From Spirochaetales bacterium (GTDB taxonomy: Bacteria; Spirochaetota; Spirochaetia; Sphaerochaetales; Sphaerochaetaceae): a DNA stretch of 40,129 nt. Under the pieces are notes generated by a model. The model was not told the origin of the DNA, did no database searches, and saw only the letters and a list, made by a program, of their open reading frames with translations. Positions 28,774-38,831 of this stretch are shown piece after piece. The DNA lies in NCBI GenBank assembly GCA_028723145.1, contig JAQYFM010000119.1, forward strand, positions 1-40,129. Reading direction: 5' to 3'. Each line of letters begins with the position of its first letter. The first letter of the stretch is position 1. Both the position numbers and the translations under genes were made by a program.

Positions 28774-29809
28774 CTAAACCACCTAGCTTTTTAATTTTTT
28801 GCCTTAAATTTATATTTTCTTTTTCAATATCACTAATTTGATCATTTATTCTAGCAATTTCCTTTTTAAGAGATGAAATTTTCTTTTCATTTTCATGGAT
28901 AATTGCAGAGTAATCATCTAAGACAAGCATTGAACGACACTTTTTAATGTACTCAGTTTGCGAATCAATATAGCGTTGGGTTTGAAGCATTTGAGTCATT
29001 AAATCAAGTAATTGATCTTGAGTTGATGCATTAATCCATTTTGATCCATTATCAAATAAAAATAATCCATAGCTGATACAAGCCTCTTCATAACTACTCT
29101 CAGCGTCCTTTAAACTTTCCTCTAAGATAGTTATGCTATCATCTTGATAGTTACTCATTAGGTTATCAACTTGGTTTTGTCTACTCTTTAATCGCTTTTT
29201 AATTATTTCTCTCTTCTTCGAAAGCTTTTGATATTCATTTATTAAATCCTCACTTCGAGGACTTTTAATTGTCTTTAAAAGCTTATTCGAGTCAAGTAAA
29301 TTAAAGAGACTAATAAAAGTATTATCTTGTTTTTTGATGTATTGAGAATACTTTACCTTTGCAATTGTTTTAGAAAAGATGCTTTCAGAATTACGATTTT
29401 GTGAAATAGTTTTATACTTTTCAACTTCTCCTTTAAATAGCTCTTTAAGCCTTTGGTCAGCATCTTCAGCTTGAGAGCGTTCAAAGGCAATAGCACCTAA
29501 TGTTTTTTTTAGTTCTCTTATTTTTTTCTCAATTTCATCTAAGCGTTTTTTTAAGTCTCCAACTTGCAGCTTAGAGTCTTCAAGTGTAGTGCTATCACTT
29601 TTAGAATTATTTAATGACTCTACTAAAGCATTCTTATCCTTTAATGCTTCTTCAACTGCACTCTTTAATGAAGGTGCAATTACTATATCAGAGCCTGTAC
29701 CATTTTTCATAACTTCATCACAAAGCTGAAAGGCAAATGTCCTCAAATCTTGGTATGACGACTCTATTTGTTTTTCTGCTAATTGGATTTCATTAAGAAA
29801 GTTCTGCAT
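28766..29809 (-). CDS. Coiled-coil hypothetical protein
   Basis: 347-aa ORF with heptad-rich helices, overlaps mltG start. Confidence 0.65.
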   Translation of the reverse strand: MQNFLNEIQLAEKQIESSYQDLRTFAFQLCDEVMKNGTGSDIVIAPSLKSAVEEALKDKNALVESLNNSKSDSTTLEDSKLQVGDLKKRLDEIEKKIRELKKTLGAIAFERSQAEDADQRLKELFKGEVEKYKTISQNRNSESIFSKTIAKVKYSQYIKKQDNTFISLFNLLDSNKLLKTIKSPRSEDLINEYQKLSKKREIIKKRLKSRQNQVDNLMSNYQDDSITILEESLKDAESSYEEACISYGLFLFDNGSKWINASTQDQLLDLMTQMLQTQRYIDSQTEYIKKCRSMLVLDDYSAIIHENEKKISSLKKEIARINDQISDIEKENINLRQKIKKLGGLDE

Positions 29810-29817
29810 ATTTTGGG

Positions 29818-29847
29818 ATTATAACGCATAATAAGCCACTGGGGCAA
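29818..29847 (-). promoter_or_regulatory. Promoter TTGCCC-18-TATAAT
   Basis: Perfect -10 hexamer 8 nt before ATG 29809. Confidence 0.6.
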
Positions 29848-29996
29848 TTATTCTCAAATTGACAAAATACATTGATACAAAGTATTCTAACAGAGGCATT
29901 TTGCCCGGTATGATTGCAACATATTTTATTTTTTGACAATCCGCTTCCTGATATTTAAAAACAAATTTAGCCACATTATTATGTAGGAGTTTTAAA

Positions 29997-30635
29997 ATGG
30001 AAAAAGAGATGGAGTTGGATCTTGATAGCCTTGCAGAGAAAATAAAGGATATTGTTAACAGCATCAAGATTGACAGCAACCCGGAAGAGCTCGACATGCT
30101 CAAAAAGCTTATTAAGAAAAATGTTCCTTTCACTTTAAGAGGTTATTTCTCTGCTTACCTTCTTAGAGAACTAACAAGAAAAAATGTTAAAAAGGAAAAA
30201 TTTGCTAGAAAAGAAGTAAGAAAGAGCGCACCTGCTCCAATTAGAGAAGTAGAAAAGAAAGCTGAAAAAATTGTTTCTACTGTTTCTCCAGTGGAAGAAC
30301 ATAGTAAAGTCGAGAAACCTAGACAGGTAAAGGTTGTACCAGAAGGTGCAAAGACTCTTTATATTAACCTTGGTAAGATGGGTAGAATCTATGCAAAGGA
30401 TCTTGTAGAGCTTCTCTGCGAAGATACAGGTATTACCAAAGATGATATTTACATGGTAAGGGTTCATGATAAATATTCATTTGTTTCAATGAGTGAAGAA
30501 AATTGTAATATTGCTATTAACAAGCTTCTTGGAAAGGTTATCAAGGGTAGAACAGTTCAGATTAACATCTCAAATAGAGAAAAAAGAGAGGATAGAAAAA
30601 CTGAAGAAGCTTCCCCTGAGAAGGTAGAGGCATAA
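29997..30635 (+). CDS. DbpA RNA-binding-domain protein without helicase core
   Basis: TLYINLGK..RI..KDL..L....GI..DDI..V.VHDKYSFV matches the DbpA/CsdA C-terminal domain; AGGAG SD. Confidence 0.75.
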   Translation: MEKEMELDLDSLAEKIKDIVNSIKIDSNPEELDMLKKLIKKNVPFTLRGYFSAYLLRELTRKNVKKEKFARKEVRKSAPAPIREVEKKAEKIVSTVSPVEEHSKVEKPRQVKVVPEGAKTLYINLGKMGRIYAKDLVELLCEDTGITKDDIYMVRVHDKYSFVSMSEENCNIAINKLLGKVIKGRTVQINISNREKREDRKTEEASPEKVEA

Positions 30636-31279
30636 TGATTATTACCCCACTCTCTGTAGGAGCTTTTGCAACTAATTGTTACATTGTAGAAGATAATTCA
30701 TCTGTTACATTAATCGATGCTCCTCCTACAGAAAGTAGTAAAATTGTTAATTTTCTTAAAGCTAAAAATTTAAACCTAGACTTAATTATCTTAACACATG
30801 GTCACTTTGACCATGTGCTTAATTTAAGAGAATTAAAAGATGATTTTCCAAATGTAAAAATTGCTATTTCAAAAGCTGATTCACCATATTTAACAGATGG
30901 AGGCGAACTTATAAAACAGGATATAAGCTTTTTTGATAGTGGATTATTTTACAACAAAATGATGTCCTATTTACCTCTTCCAAGTCCAGATATTCTCTTA
31001 AATGACCAAGATAAGATATCATCATTTGAAGTGCTATCTACTCCGGGGCATACCCCGGGGTCAATTTGTCTTCTAAATAGAGAGGAAAAAATTCTCTTCT
31101 CCGGTGATACACTTTTTAAAGCAAGTATTGGAAGAACAGATTTACAAAATGGTAACTTTACTCAAATTATTTCTTCTTTACAGAAATTAAAAAAACTTGA
31201 TGAAGACATTTTAGTTTTACCGGGTCATGGTCCTAGTACTACAATAGGTTTTGAAAAGAAGAATAATTCATATCTTTAA
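30635..31279 (+). CDS. MBL-fold metallo-hydrolase (glyoxalase II-like)
   Basis: TNCYIV, LTHGHFDH, TPGHTPGS, FSGDTLF..SIGRTD, PGHG..TTIG.EK..N. Confidence 0.9.
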   Translation: MIITPLSVGAFATNCYIVEDNSSVTLIDAPPTESSKIVNFLKAKNLNLDLIILTHGHFDHVLNLRELKDDFPNVKIAISKADSPYLTDGGELIKQDISFFDSGLFYNKMMSYLPLPSPDILLNDQDKISSFEVLSTPGHTPGSICLLNREEKILFSGDTLFKASIGRTDLQNGNFTQIISSLQKLKKLDEDILVLPGHGPSTTIGFEKKNNSYL

Positions 31280-31281
31280 AA

Positions 31282-31309
31282 CAAAAGAGCACCTTTTGGT
31301 GCCCTTTTG
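31282..31309. terminator. Bidirectional intrinsic terminator
   Basis: CAAAAGAGCACC-TTTT-GGTGCCCTTTTG between convergent genes. Confidence 0.75.
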
Positions 31310-31315
31310 AAATAA

Positions 31316-31669
31316 TCAGCGAGATCTCTTTTCTTCTGCTGTTTTGCAATCGATACAAAGTACTGCAGAAGGCATAGCTCTTAACCTATCTTCTGGAATC
31401 TTTTTTCCACACTTTAGACAAATTCCATAACGATTTTCACTGATACGCTTTAAAGCGTTCTCAATAGAAGTAAGTCTTTTTGCATCCATAGCATTAAGTG
31501 CTTCCATCTTCTTGAATGCACCTTCATCACTTGCTAAATCGACACTATCACCTCTACCTGTTGTAGCTTCAGTCTTAAACTTATCGTTATCACCTTGCAT
31601 TTTAGCAATAAGAGAAGCCCTTTCTTGAAGCAATAATTCTTTCATCTCTTGAGTAAAATCACTAGCCAT
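31316..31669 (-). CDS. dksA: DksA/TraR C4 zinc-finger transcription factor
   Basis: GDSVDLAS coiled-coil tip, YGICLKCG..I...RL.A.P.A.LCIDC. Confidence 0.88.
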   Translation of the reverse strand: MASDFTQEMKELLLQERASLIAKMQGDNDKFKTEATTGRGDSVDLASDEGAFKKMEALNAMDAKRLTSIENALKRISENRYGICLKCGKKIPEDRLRAMPSAVLCIDCKTAEEKRSR

Positions 31670-31701
31670 ATTACACCTCCTAAAGAGATAAACCTAAAGT
31701 G

Positions 31702-31729
31702 AATATAACTGATTTTTTTACATTGTCAA
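31702..31729 (-). promoter_or_regulatory. dksA promoter TTGACA-16-TATATT
   Basis: Consensus -35, near-consensus -10, upstream of AGGAGG SD. Confidence 0.55.
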
Positions 31730-31909
31730 GCTTTTTCTGCTTTAAATTATTTTTGTTACATTTTTTTAGTTATCGTCAATATATTTAATATATTTCTTTA
31801 TTATATTTATAATTAATTATAATTTATTATAAAATATATTGTTTTTGTTTTTCTATCATTTTCCAAGTTATTTCCTTGTATATCCATAAAATAAATTTTT
31901 GTATCTCTG

Positions 31910-31938
31910 TTGACTATTAACATTTGATAGTGTAAATT
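31910..31938 (+). promoter_or_regulatory. metK promoter TTGACT-17-TAAATT
   Basis: Hexamers at 31910-31915 and 31933-31938. Confidence 0.55.
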
Positions 31939-31996
31939 AGTCCCTGCAATAAATGGACCAGAAGCATTTAGAGCAAAAAAATTATAGGAGCACATT

Positions 31997-33130
31997 ATGA
32001 AGAGACTATTTTCTTCGGAGTCCGTTACAGCAGGACATCCAGACAAAGTGTGCGACCAGATTTCTGATGCACTTCTGGACGCACTTCTTTCTCAAGACCC
32101 AAATTCAAGAGCCGCAATTGAAACTACAGCATGTACTGAGTTTGTGCATGTAATGGGTGAAATAACTACAAAAGCAAGTGTTAATTATGAACAAATCGTA
32201 AGGGACACTATTAAAAAAATAGGTTATACAAAGCCTGAGTATAAATTTACAGATCAGACAAATGTAATTATCACACTTAATACACAGAGTCCTGATATCG
32301 CAATGGGTGTTGATAATGAAGGTGCAGGTGACCAAGGAATGATGTTTGGTTATGCAACCGATGAAACTGATGAATTTCTTCCACTCGCTTTTTCACTTGC
32401 ACATAAATTAACATCTAGACTAACTGAAGTAAGAGAAAAAAATATTTTATCATATTTAAGACCAGACGGAAAATCTCAAGTAACAGTTGAATATGATGAT
32501 AATGGTACAGTAAAAAGAGTTGATACAGTTGTTTTATCTGCTCAACATGATGAAGATGTAGAAATTGAAAGACTAAGAAGTGATTTACTTAAGCATGTTA
32601 TTAAATATACTATCCCAGCTGATTTATTAGATGACGATACAAAGTATTTTATTAACCCAACAGGACGCTTTGTATTAGGAGGCCCTGCTGCAGATACAGG
32701 TCTTACTGGTAGAAAGATTATTGCAGACACATATGGTGGATATGCTCATCATGGTGGTGGTGCATTCTCTGGTAAGGATGCAACTAAGGTAGATAGAAGC
32801 GCCGCATATGCAGCAAGAAACATTGCAAAAACAATTGTAATGGCAAAAAAAGCAAAGGAATGTGAGATTCAATTAGCTTACGCAATTGGTGTTAAGGAGC
32901 CTGTATCTATTTATATTAATACATATAATACCGGAACTCTTCCTGATGAATGCTTACTTAATTGGATTAATAAGCACTATGATCTTTCTCCAAAAGGTAT
33001 TATAAAGGCTTATAATCTTACAAAGCCTCAATACTCTATACTCTCTGAAACAGGACACTTTAGAAACCCTAATTCCACATGGGAAGAAATAAACATGGAA
33101 GCCTTAAATGACCTTATACAAATGGGTTAA
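31997..33130 (+). CDS. metK: S-adenosylmethionine synthetase
   Basis: [47 protein letters not shown]. Confidence 0.96.
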   Translation: MKRLFSSESVTAGHPDKVCDQISDALLDALLSQDPNSRAAIETTACTEFVHVMGEITTKASVNYEQIVRDTIKKIGYTKPEYKFTDQTNVIITLNTQSPDIAMGVDNEGAGDQGMMFGYATDETDEFLPLAFSLAHKLTSRLTEVREKNILSYLRPDGKSQVTVEYDDNGTVKRVDTVVLSAQHDEDVEIERLRSDLLKHVIKYTIPADLLDDDTKYFINPTGRFVLGGPAADTGLTGRKIIADTYGGYAHHGGGAFSGKDATKVDRSAAYAARNIAKTIVMAKKAKECEIQLAYAIGVKEPVSIYINTYNTGTLPDECLLNWINKHYDLSPKGIIKAYNLTKPQYSILSETGHFRNPNSTWEEINMEALNDLIQMG

Positions 33131-33944
33131 AGTATCTTCCTTGATTAACAAAATTTAAAGATAGAGAAATGATTAGTAGTGCTATTGCTAAAAAAAGTGC
33201 TAGATAATCTGAAGCTTTAAAAGGACGTGATGAATACCACGTTCTTTTTTTTCGCTTACCAAAACCCCTTAGCTCCATTGCATTCGCGATAGTCTCAATT
33301 CTATCCATACTTGAAATAATTAAAGGAAATAGCATAGCGGCAGCATTTTTAAGTCTTTTTATTAGATTTTGCTTCTTTGAAGCCATCTCTAAACCTCTAG
33401 CCTGCTGACTAATCATGATGTCTTTAAACTCTCTTTGGATATCAGGGATATAACGTAGTGCAAGCGAAACAGAGTAAGCAACTTTATAGCTAATACCAAT
33501 TCTATTTAAGGAAGAGGCAAATTCACTAGGGTCTGTTGTCGAAACAAAAAGAATAACAACCGGAATTGTAGCTAGATATTTCAATACAACATTTAGTTGG
33601 TAAAATAGTTGCTCAGCAGTAATGGTCCACCTTCCCAAGCCTTTAAATAATAAGGTTCTAGTTCCATATATGCTAACTCCATGCTCTGGTGAAAACAAAT
33701 AAATAAGGAGATTATTTAATACCATAAAGATAAAGGTAAACCATAGCAAAAAACTAACATCTTTAAACTTAATCTTTGAAAGTGAAAATAAAATTATCGC
33801 TAAGATTGGAAGAACAGCTAAAAAACGAGTATCAAAGGTAGTCATTGCAGCAAATGACCATAAGATTAATACTAGTAGCTTTGTTGCACCAGTTAATTCA
33901 TGGATAACAGATTTTCTCTCGATATAGTTAAAGATTGAGCTCAT
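33114..33944 (-). CDS. ECF transporter transmembrane T component
   Basis: ALRYIP, SQQARG and MELRGF conserved Arg motifs. Confidence 0.9.
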   Translation of the reverse strand: MSSIFNYIERKSVIHELTGATKLLVLILWSFAAMTTFDTRFLAVLPILAIILFSLSKIKFKDVSFLLWFTFIFMVLNNLLIYLFSPEHGVSIYGTRTLLFKGLGRWTITAEQLFYQLNVVLKYLATIPVVILFVSTTDPSEFASSLNRIGISYKVAYSVSLALRYIPDIQREFKDIMISQQARGLEMASKKQNLIKRLKNAAAMLFPLIISSMDRIETIANAMELRGFGKRKKRTWYSSRPFKASDYLALFLAIALLIISLSLNFVNQGRYFNPFV

Positions 33945-35647
33945 GCTCTTCTCCTTTTATCTTCTTGGATAAAGCGTCTAACAAATTCAGTTTCAGGAAG
34001 ACTACAAAGCGATGCTAGTACAGAGAGTGAGGTCTTTTTTAAGCTTGCCTCTTCACAGCGTCTTTCATCAGTTAAAATTTCTTCACAGGAAGTATCTGCA
34101 ATTAAGTGACCATTAGTAAACACGACTGCCCTTTTTGTGTATTCAAGCATTAAGTGCATATCATGAGTAATTAATATAATAGTTACGCCAAGAGAATTTA
34201 GCTTTTTCAAGAACTCCATTATCTCTGTATAGTGTCTTAAATCCTGTCCTGCAGTTGGCTCATCAAGGATTATTATTTCTGGGTCCATTGAAAGAATTGA
34301 CGCAATAGTAACTCTCTTTTTTTGTCCATAAGAGAGTGCACTTACAGGCCATGAACGCATTTCATATAGCCCGCAAACCTTTAATACAGAGTCAACTTTA
34401 GCCTTTATTTCATCATCACTCAGTTTACCTTCAAGCACGAGACCTAAAGATACCTCATCTCTTATCATAGGCTTTGTAATCATCTGATTAGGGTTTTGCA
34501 TTACATATCCTATATGGTCGGCTCTTTCTTTAATTGAATAAGAAGATAAATCATTGCCATTGAGATAGAAAACACCCTTTTGAGGCTTTTCAAAACCACA
34601 AATAAGCTTTGAAAATGTAGACTTACCTGCACCATTTCTTCCTACAATGCTAAGCATTTCACCTTTATTGATTTTTAATGAAATATTGCTTAAGGCTTGG
34701 TACCCACCCTCATATGCAAATGAAATATCCTTTGCTTCAAGTAAAACCTCATCTGATAGAGGACTTTGATCTATAGTTACATTTTTATACCACTTATTAA
34801 CCTTTTCTTTATCTTCACTTGAGAGCATCAATGTGTCGATTCTACCTGGTTTAATTGATGGTGTGATCTCTACTCCTGCATACTTTAAAGCAGTTACATA
34901 TAGAGGCTCTCTAATACCATTTTCTATTAATAAATTAGAAGAAAGTAGTTCATCTGGAGATAAATCTGCAATAATTCTACCTTCAGACATCAAGATTACT
35001 CTATCAACATTTCGATATAATACATCCTCAAGACGATGTTCAATTATTACTATTGCGCTATCAGTTGTTTTATGAATTTGCTCAATTAGTTCAATAGTAC
35101 TTTTACCGGCTTGAGGATCTAAGTTAGCAAGAGGCTCGTCAAATAAAAAAAGAGAAACATCATCTACCATGATTCCAGCAAGAGATACTCTCTGTTTCTG
35201 ACCTCCCGATAACTCATGAGGAGCATGAGAAAGGAAGCCTTCGATGCCTACCTTTTTAGCAGCATTTAATACTCTTTCTTTCATCTCTGGGACTTTTATA
35301 TTCTCATTCTCAAGGGCAAATGCAATGTCTTCCCCAACAGTTAATCCAATAAACTGTCCATCAGAATCTTGGAGTACGGTACCTGTGATCTTTGAGAGTG
35401 AGAATATTGAATGGTCTTTATAACTTACTCCACCAATAGTTAAGCTACCTGTAGCTTCTCCTGGATAGGAGGCAGGAATAAGACCATTCATACAGTGTGA
35501 AAGCGTAGATTTACCACAGCCAGAAGGACCACAAATAAGGACCTTCTCACCCTTTTTAATTGTTAAATTAATATTGAAAAGAGTTGGTTCTGCCTGAGAC
35601 TCATACTTAAAAGTAAAGTCCTTAAATTCTATTACGCTTTCACTCAT
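33941..35647 (-). CDS. ECF transporter fused dual ATPase
   Basis: Two ABC domains (GPSGCGKST/LSGGQKQR; GRNGAGKST/LSYGQKKR), linker GIREPLY. Confidence 0.92.
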   Translation of the reverse strand: MSESVIEFKDFTFKYESQAEPTLFNINLTIKKGEKVLICGPSGCGKSTLSHCMNGLIPASYPGEATGSLTIGGVSYKDHSIFSLSKITGTVLQDSDGQFIGLTVGEDIAFALENENIKVPEMKERVLNAAKKVGIEGFLSHAPHELSGGQKQRVSLAGIMVDDVSLFLFDEPLANLDPQAGKSTIELIEQIHKTTDSAIVIIEHRLEDVLYRNVDRVILMSEGRIIADLSPDELLSSNLLIENGIREPLYVTALKYAGVEITPSIKPGRIDTLMLSSEDKEKVNKWYKNVTIDQSPLSDEVLLEAKDISFAYEGGYQALSNISLKINKGEMLSIVGRNGAGKSTFSKLICGFEKPQKGVFYLNGNDLSSYSIKERADHIGYVMQNPNQMITKPMIRDEVSLGLVLEGKLSDDEIKAKVDSVLKVCGLYEMRSWPVSALSYGQKKRVTIASILSMDPEIIILDEPTAGQDLRHYTEIMEFLKKLNSLGVTIILITHDMHLMLEYTKRAVVFTNGHLIADTSCEEILTDERRCEEASLKKTSLSVLASLCSLPETEFVRRFIQEDKRRRA

Positions 35648-35654
35648 ACTATCC

Positions 35655-36206
35655 TCAAGCTTCTTTCTTTAATGAACCTGCTTTTGGTTTTGCTGCAGAG
35701 AAAGCGATAGCTAAAAGGGTTCCAACAATTGCAGTTGTAACGATGTTAGCAATACCACCAACTAAGCCCTGAGTAAATACCTTATTAGCTGGTTCAGCAT
35801 AAATTAAGATATCAAGAACTGGTGCAACTACTCCCCATGCAACTAAGTGAGCAACAACCTGCACAACGTTGAAGATACCAATTTCTTTTTTACCAAAGTT
35901 TTTCTCAAGGTTAATTTTCTTACAACCAAAGCCCATGATAAGACCAGCTACTGCAGATGCGATCACCCAGCTCCACCAAACGCCCCAACCATATGAGAAG
36001 TCAATTAATGCATGTCCGATAAATGCAATTAATGCACCTGCAAGAGGTCCAAAAAGAGCAGCCATAAATGCAAGTAGACCATACTGTAAGGAAATGTTTG
36101 TGTTAGGTACTGGACTTGGGATAGCAACAAAGCGACCAAGAACGAAGAAGAGCGCAGCTCCGATACCAACAGCAACAAATACTGTAATTGGTGATTTTTT
36201 ATTCAT
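35655..36206 (-). CDS. ECF transporter S component (MtsT/UPF0397-like)
   Basis: VAVGIGAALFFVL, P.PNT...QY, GHALID...WWSWV, IYAEPANKVFTQG. Confidence 0.85.
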   Translation of the reverse strand: MNKKSPITVFVAVGIGAALFFVLGRFVAIPSPVPNTNISLQYGLLAFMAALFGPLAGALIAFIGHALIDFSYGWGVWWSWVIASAVAGLIMGFGCKKINLEKNFGKKEIGIFNVVQVVAHLVAWGVVAPVLDILIYAEPANKVFTQGLVGGIANIVTTAIVGTLLAIAFSAAKPKAGSLKKEA

Positions 36207-36220
36207 TTTTATACTCCTTA

Positions 36221-37132
36221 TTATAGGTGTTTTTTAATCTTTATTTTCCAGCCTTCTCCTGTTTGTATGTGATAAACAGAGGCAAAGTCACCTTGGTTTA
36301 ATGCAATACCAACATTCAATAAACTGTTTATATACATCAAAGGTTCTCCCATATTTACTTCAGTAAAGTTTTTACAAAGCTTCAATGGATAACCAAAAAC
36401 GATACAACCCTTATGGCTTATTTTTACGTCAACTAAATCCCCATAGCTTATTCCAGCCTCTGTTACTAATTCTCTTGGAATATTACTCCAAAGCGATCCA
36501 TAACGAGTATCAAGGATATCTATGTTACCTGTTATTTCACCATTTGAAATTGAGGCAGGAGATAAATCTAGCTTTACAATACTTTCAGTATCAAGGCTTG
36601 GCCCAACCTCTTCAAATGAAATAATTCCACTTGCCAAACGAGCTGCTGTATATGCATATACATCTCTACCATGGAAGGTATAGCTTGCTTGAGAGTCATG
36701 TAAGCGGTTTGTTGCTTCTTCAATTTCTCTTACAGCAGAAATTCCTATTTCTTGTGCAACGTGTGTAAGTGTTCCATTATCAGGAGTGACAATGAAGTGT
36801 CCACTATTTGTAAGCGCTACAACACTCTTTCTATCAGAACCAACGCCCGGATCAACGACACAGACAAATACTGTACCTTTTTTCCAATATGTTAGAGCTT
36901 GAATAAGTCTATAGCTTGCTTCCCAAATATTAAACTGAGGTATTTCATGAGTTAAATCCTCAAGGCGAAGAGTCTCATCGACATCATCTGCTACTGCATG
37001 CATAGCGCTAACAGCCCCATCAACAGTACCAAAATCAGAGAGAAAAACTACGCATTTCCTAGTTCTTTTATCACTAGATATTTTTTCACCTACAGTTTTC
37101 TTTGAGCCAATAAAACTTGTTAAGTTTATCAT
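36221..37132 (-). CDS. DUF62 SAM hydroxide adenosyltransferase (chlorinase/fluorinase family)
   Basis: SDFG..DGAV, DLTHEI, VVDPGVGS.R, TPDNG, TFHGRD, D.RYG..W.NI, YINSL. Confidence 0.9.
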   Translation of the reverse strand: MINLTSFIGSKKTVGEKISSDKRTRKCVVFLSDFGTVDGAVSAMHAVADDVDETLRLEDLTHEIPQFNIWEASYRLIQALTYWKKGTVFVCVVDPGVGSDRKSVVALTNSGHFIVTPDNGTLTHVAQEIGISAVREIEEATNRLHDSQASYTFHGRDVYAYTAARLASGIISFEEVGPSLDTESIVKLDLSPASISNGEITGNIDILDTRYGSLWSNIPRELVTEAGISYGDLVDVKISHKGCIVFGYPLKLCKNFTEVNMGEPLMYINSLLNVGIALNQGDFASVYHIQTGEGWKIKIKKHL

Positions 37133-37744
37133 TTAGTTTCCTTTCTTAACGAACTTCTCAATTTCATTATAAAATCCTTCATATGTTGTATGAAGAGCTA
37201 AATGAGGATATTCCTTTAAGATATTTTCAGGAGCACGGAACAAGCATCCTGCATCAGCAGTTTTAATCATATTAAGGTCATTGTAGCTATCACCAGCGGC
37301 AAAAGTTCTAAATCCCATTGAACGTAAACCTTCAATAGCCTTTCTCTTTCCATCTTCCTGCCTCATTTTAATTCCAGAAAGCATACCCTTTTCATCAATT
37401 TCGAGAGAGTTACAAAAGATTGTTGGCCATCCAAGCTGCTTCATTAATGGAGAAGCAAACTCAGCAAATGTATCGGAAAGAATAATTACTTGAGTAATTG
37501 ATCTAAGCTTATCTAAGAATTCCTTTGCACCTTCAAGTGGCTTAATAGTTGCAATTACATCTTGAATGTCCTTTAAAGTAAGGCCATGTTCTCTTAATAT
37601 TTCCATTCTTCCATTCATTAACACATGGTAATCAGGAATATCACGAGTAGTGAGCTTAAGACGCTCAATACCTGTTTTTTCTGCAAACGCAATCCATATT
37701 TCAGGGACTAATACTCCTTCAAGATCAAGACATACTACTTCCAT
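37133..37744 (-). CDS. thrH: Phosphoserine phosphatase/homoserine phosphotransferase ThrH
   Basis: CLDLEGVLVPEIW, TTRDIPDY, ILSDTF, AAGDSYND. Confidence 0.93.
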   Translation of the reverse strand: MEVVCLDLEGVLVPEIWIAFAEKTGIERLKLTTRDIPDYHVLMNGRMEILREHGLTLKDIQDVIATIKPLEGAKEFLDKLRSITQVIILSDTFAEFASPLMKQLGWPTIFCNSLEIDEKGMLSGIKMRQEDGKRKAIEGLRSMGFRTFAAGDSYNDLNMIKTADAGCLFRAPENILKEYPHLALHTTYEGFYNEIEKFVKKGN

Positions 37745-37934
37745 GATAGCATCCTCCAGTAATTAATTTTTTGTGATTATTTTTAGCGCATGAGAGCTTA
37801 GAAGTAAAAAAATAATAATTAGTACATTCTTTAAGCTCATTTTCCATATTTTGATGATATAAAAAAACACTTCTATTACTCAATAGAAAGAGAATTAATA
37901 GCAGGAAACTTTATAATTTGGTAACATAATCGTC

Positions 37935-38831
37935 ATGCTTAACTATATTTTATCATTTTTAACAGGAGCCATTATTTCTGTAATGGTTATCTTTAATACA
38001 CAGTTTGGTGTTGCTACCTCCACAGAGGTTAGTACAATGATAAACCAACTTGTAGGTATTATTTTTATCACTATTTTAATGATCCTCTTAAGAAGGAATA
38101 AACAACTATGTCCACAGAGAACTAAGAGTCATTGGTACATGTATTTTGGTGGAATATTTGGTTTATTTATCTTAACCATTAACTACTATACAGTCCTTGA
38201 AATTGGGGCAACTCTAGCAATGGCTCTTGCGGTATTTGGTCAAAGTGCTATTGGACTATTTTTTGATGTGACTGGATTATTCGGAATTGAGAAAAAATCA
38301 ATTACAAAGCAAAAATGGTTTTCTCTAGCAGTTTCATTTCTTGGAATATTAGTTATGAGCTTGCTCTCAGGTGGTTCATTTAAAATCTTGTATTTATTTT
38401 TAGCATTTTTAGCAGGCGCTCTTACCATGACTCAAATGGTATATAATAGTAATTTTGCTAAAGCTAAAGGCCCACTATTTTCTGCAAGACAGAATGTTAT
38501 TTCAGGATTATTTGGTATTGTTATTTTCTCATTCTTAACTAAACCTCAAGTAACTACTGAGGCGTTAATAAAGGTTCCTACAGTTCCATTCTTTTTAATT
38601 GTAGGAGGAGGACTATTAGGGGTTTGGGTAGTTGTTAGTACTAACATTATTATACCTAAAATACCTGCAGTATACTCAGCATTACTGCTTTCAGCAGGTC
38701 AGCTAATAGCCTCACTCTTTTTAGATTACTTTATCTACAATACATTCTCATTTGCACTATTAATTGGTTCATCAATAATGCTATTGGGAATGTTCTTAAG
38801 CTTCTTATCTGATAAGAAAAGCTTAAATTAA
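37935..38831 (+). CDS. DMT-superfamily transporter (two YdcZ-like halves)
   Basis: About 10 TMs; repeated 'GG..G' and 'GQ...L..D' motifs in both halves. Confidence 0.8.
   Translation: MLNYILSFLTGAIISVMVIFNTQFGVATSTEVSTMINQLVGIIFITILMILLRRNKQLCPQRTKSHWYMYFGGIFGLFILTINYYTVLEIGATLAMALAVFGQSAIGLFFDVTGLFGIEKKSITKQKWFSLAVSFLGILVMSLLSGGSFKILYLFLAFLAGALTMTQMVYNSNFAKAKGPLFSARQNVISGLFGIVIFSFLTKPQVTTEALIKVPTVPFFLIVGGGLLGVWVVVSTNIIIPKIPAVYSALLLSAGQLIASLFLDYFIYNTFSFALLIGSSIMLLGMFLSFLSDKKSLN

Noticed and set aside
31730-31900. Very AT-rich dksA-metK spacer as a replication origin or the 77-aa ORF 31813-32046
   Set aside because: No DnaA-box cluster seen; explained by divergent promoters, and the ORF is antisense to metK
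36221-37132. Halogenase (fluorinase/chlorinase) natural-product cluster
   Set aside because: Has the hydrolase-type Asp/Arg/His motifs (VVDPGVGSDR, TFHGRD) and no biosynthetic neighbours
37780-37800. SAM-II/V riboswitch suggested by GCGCTAAAAA before thrH
   Set aside because: Could not build the required pseudoknot, and the element does not abut the SD
880-38428. Short antisense or alternate-frame ORFs in the track (e.g. 5472-5804, 14194-14559, 29819-30133, 35869-36237)
   Set aside because: They shadow well-supported genes and have no recognisable motifs
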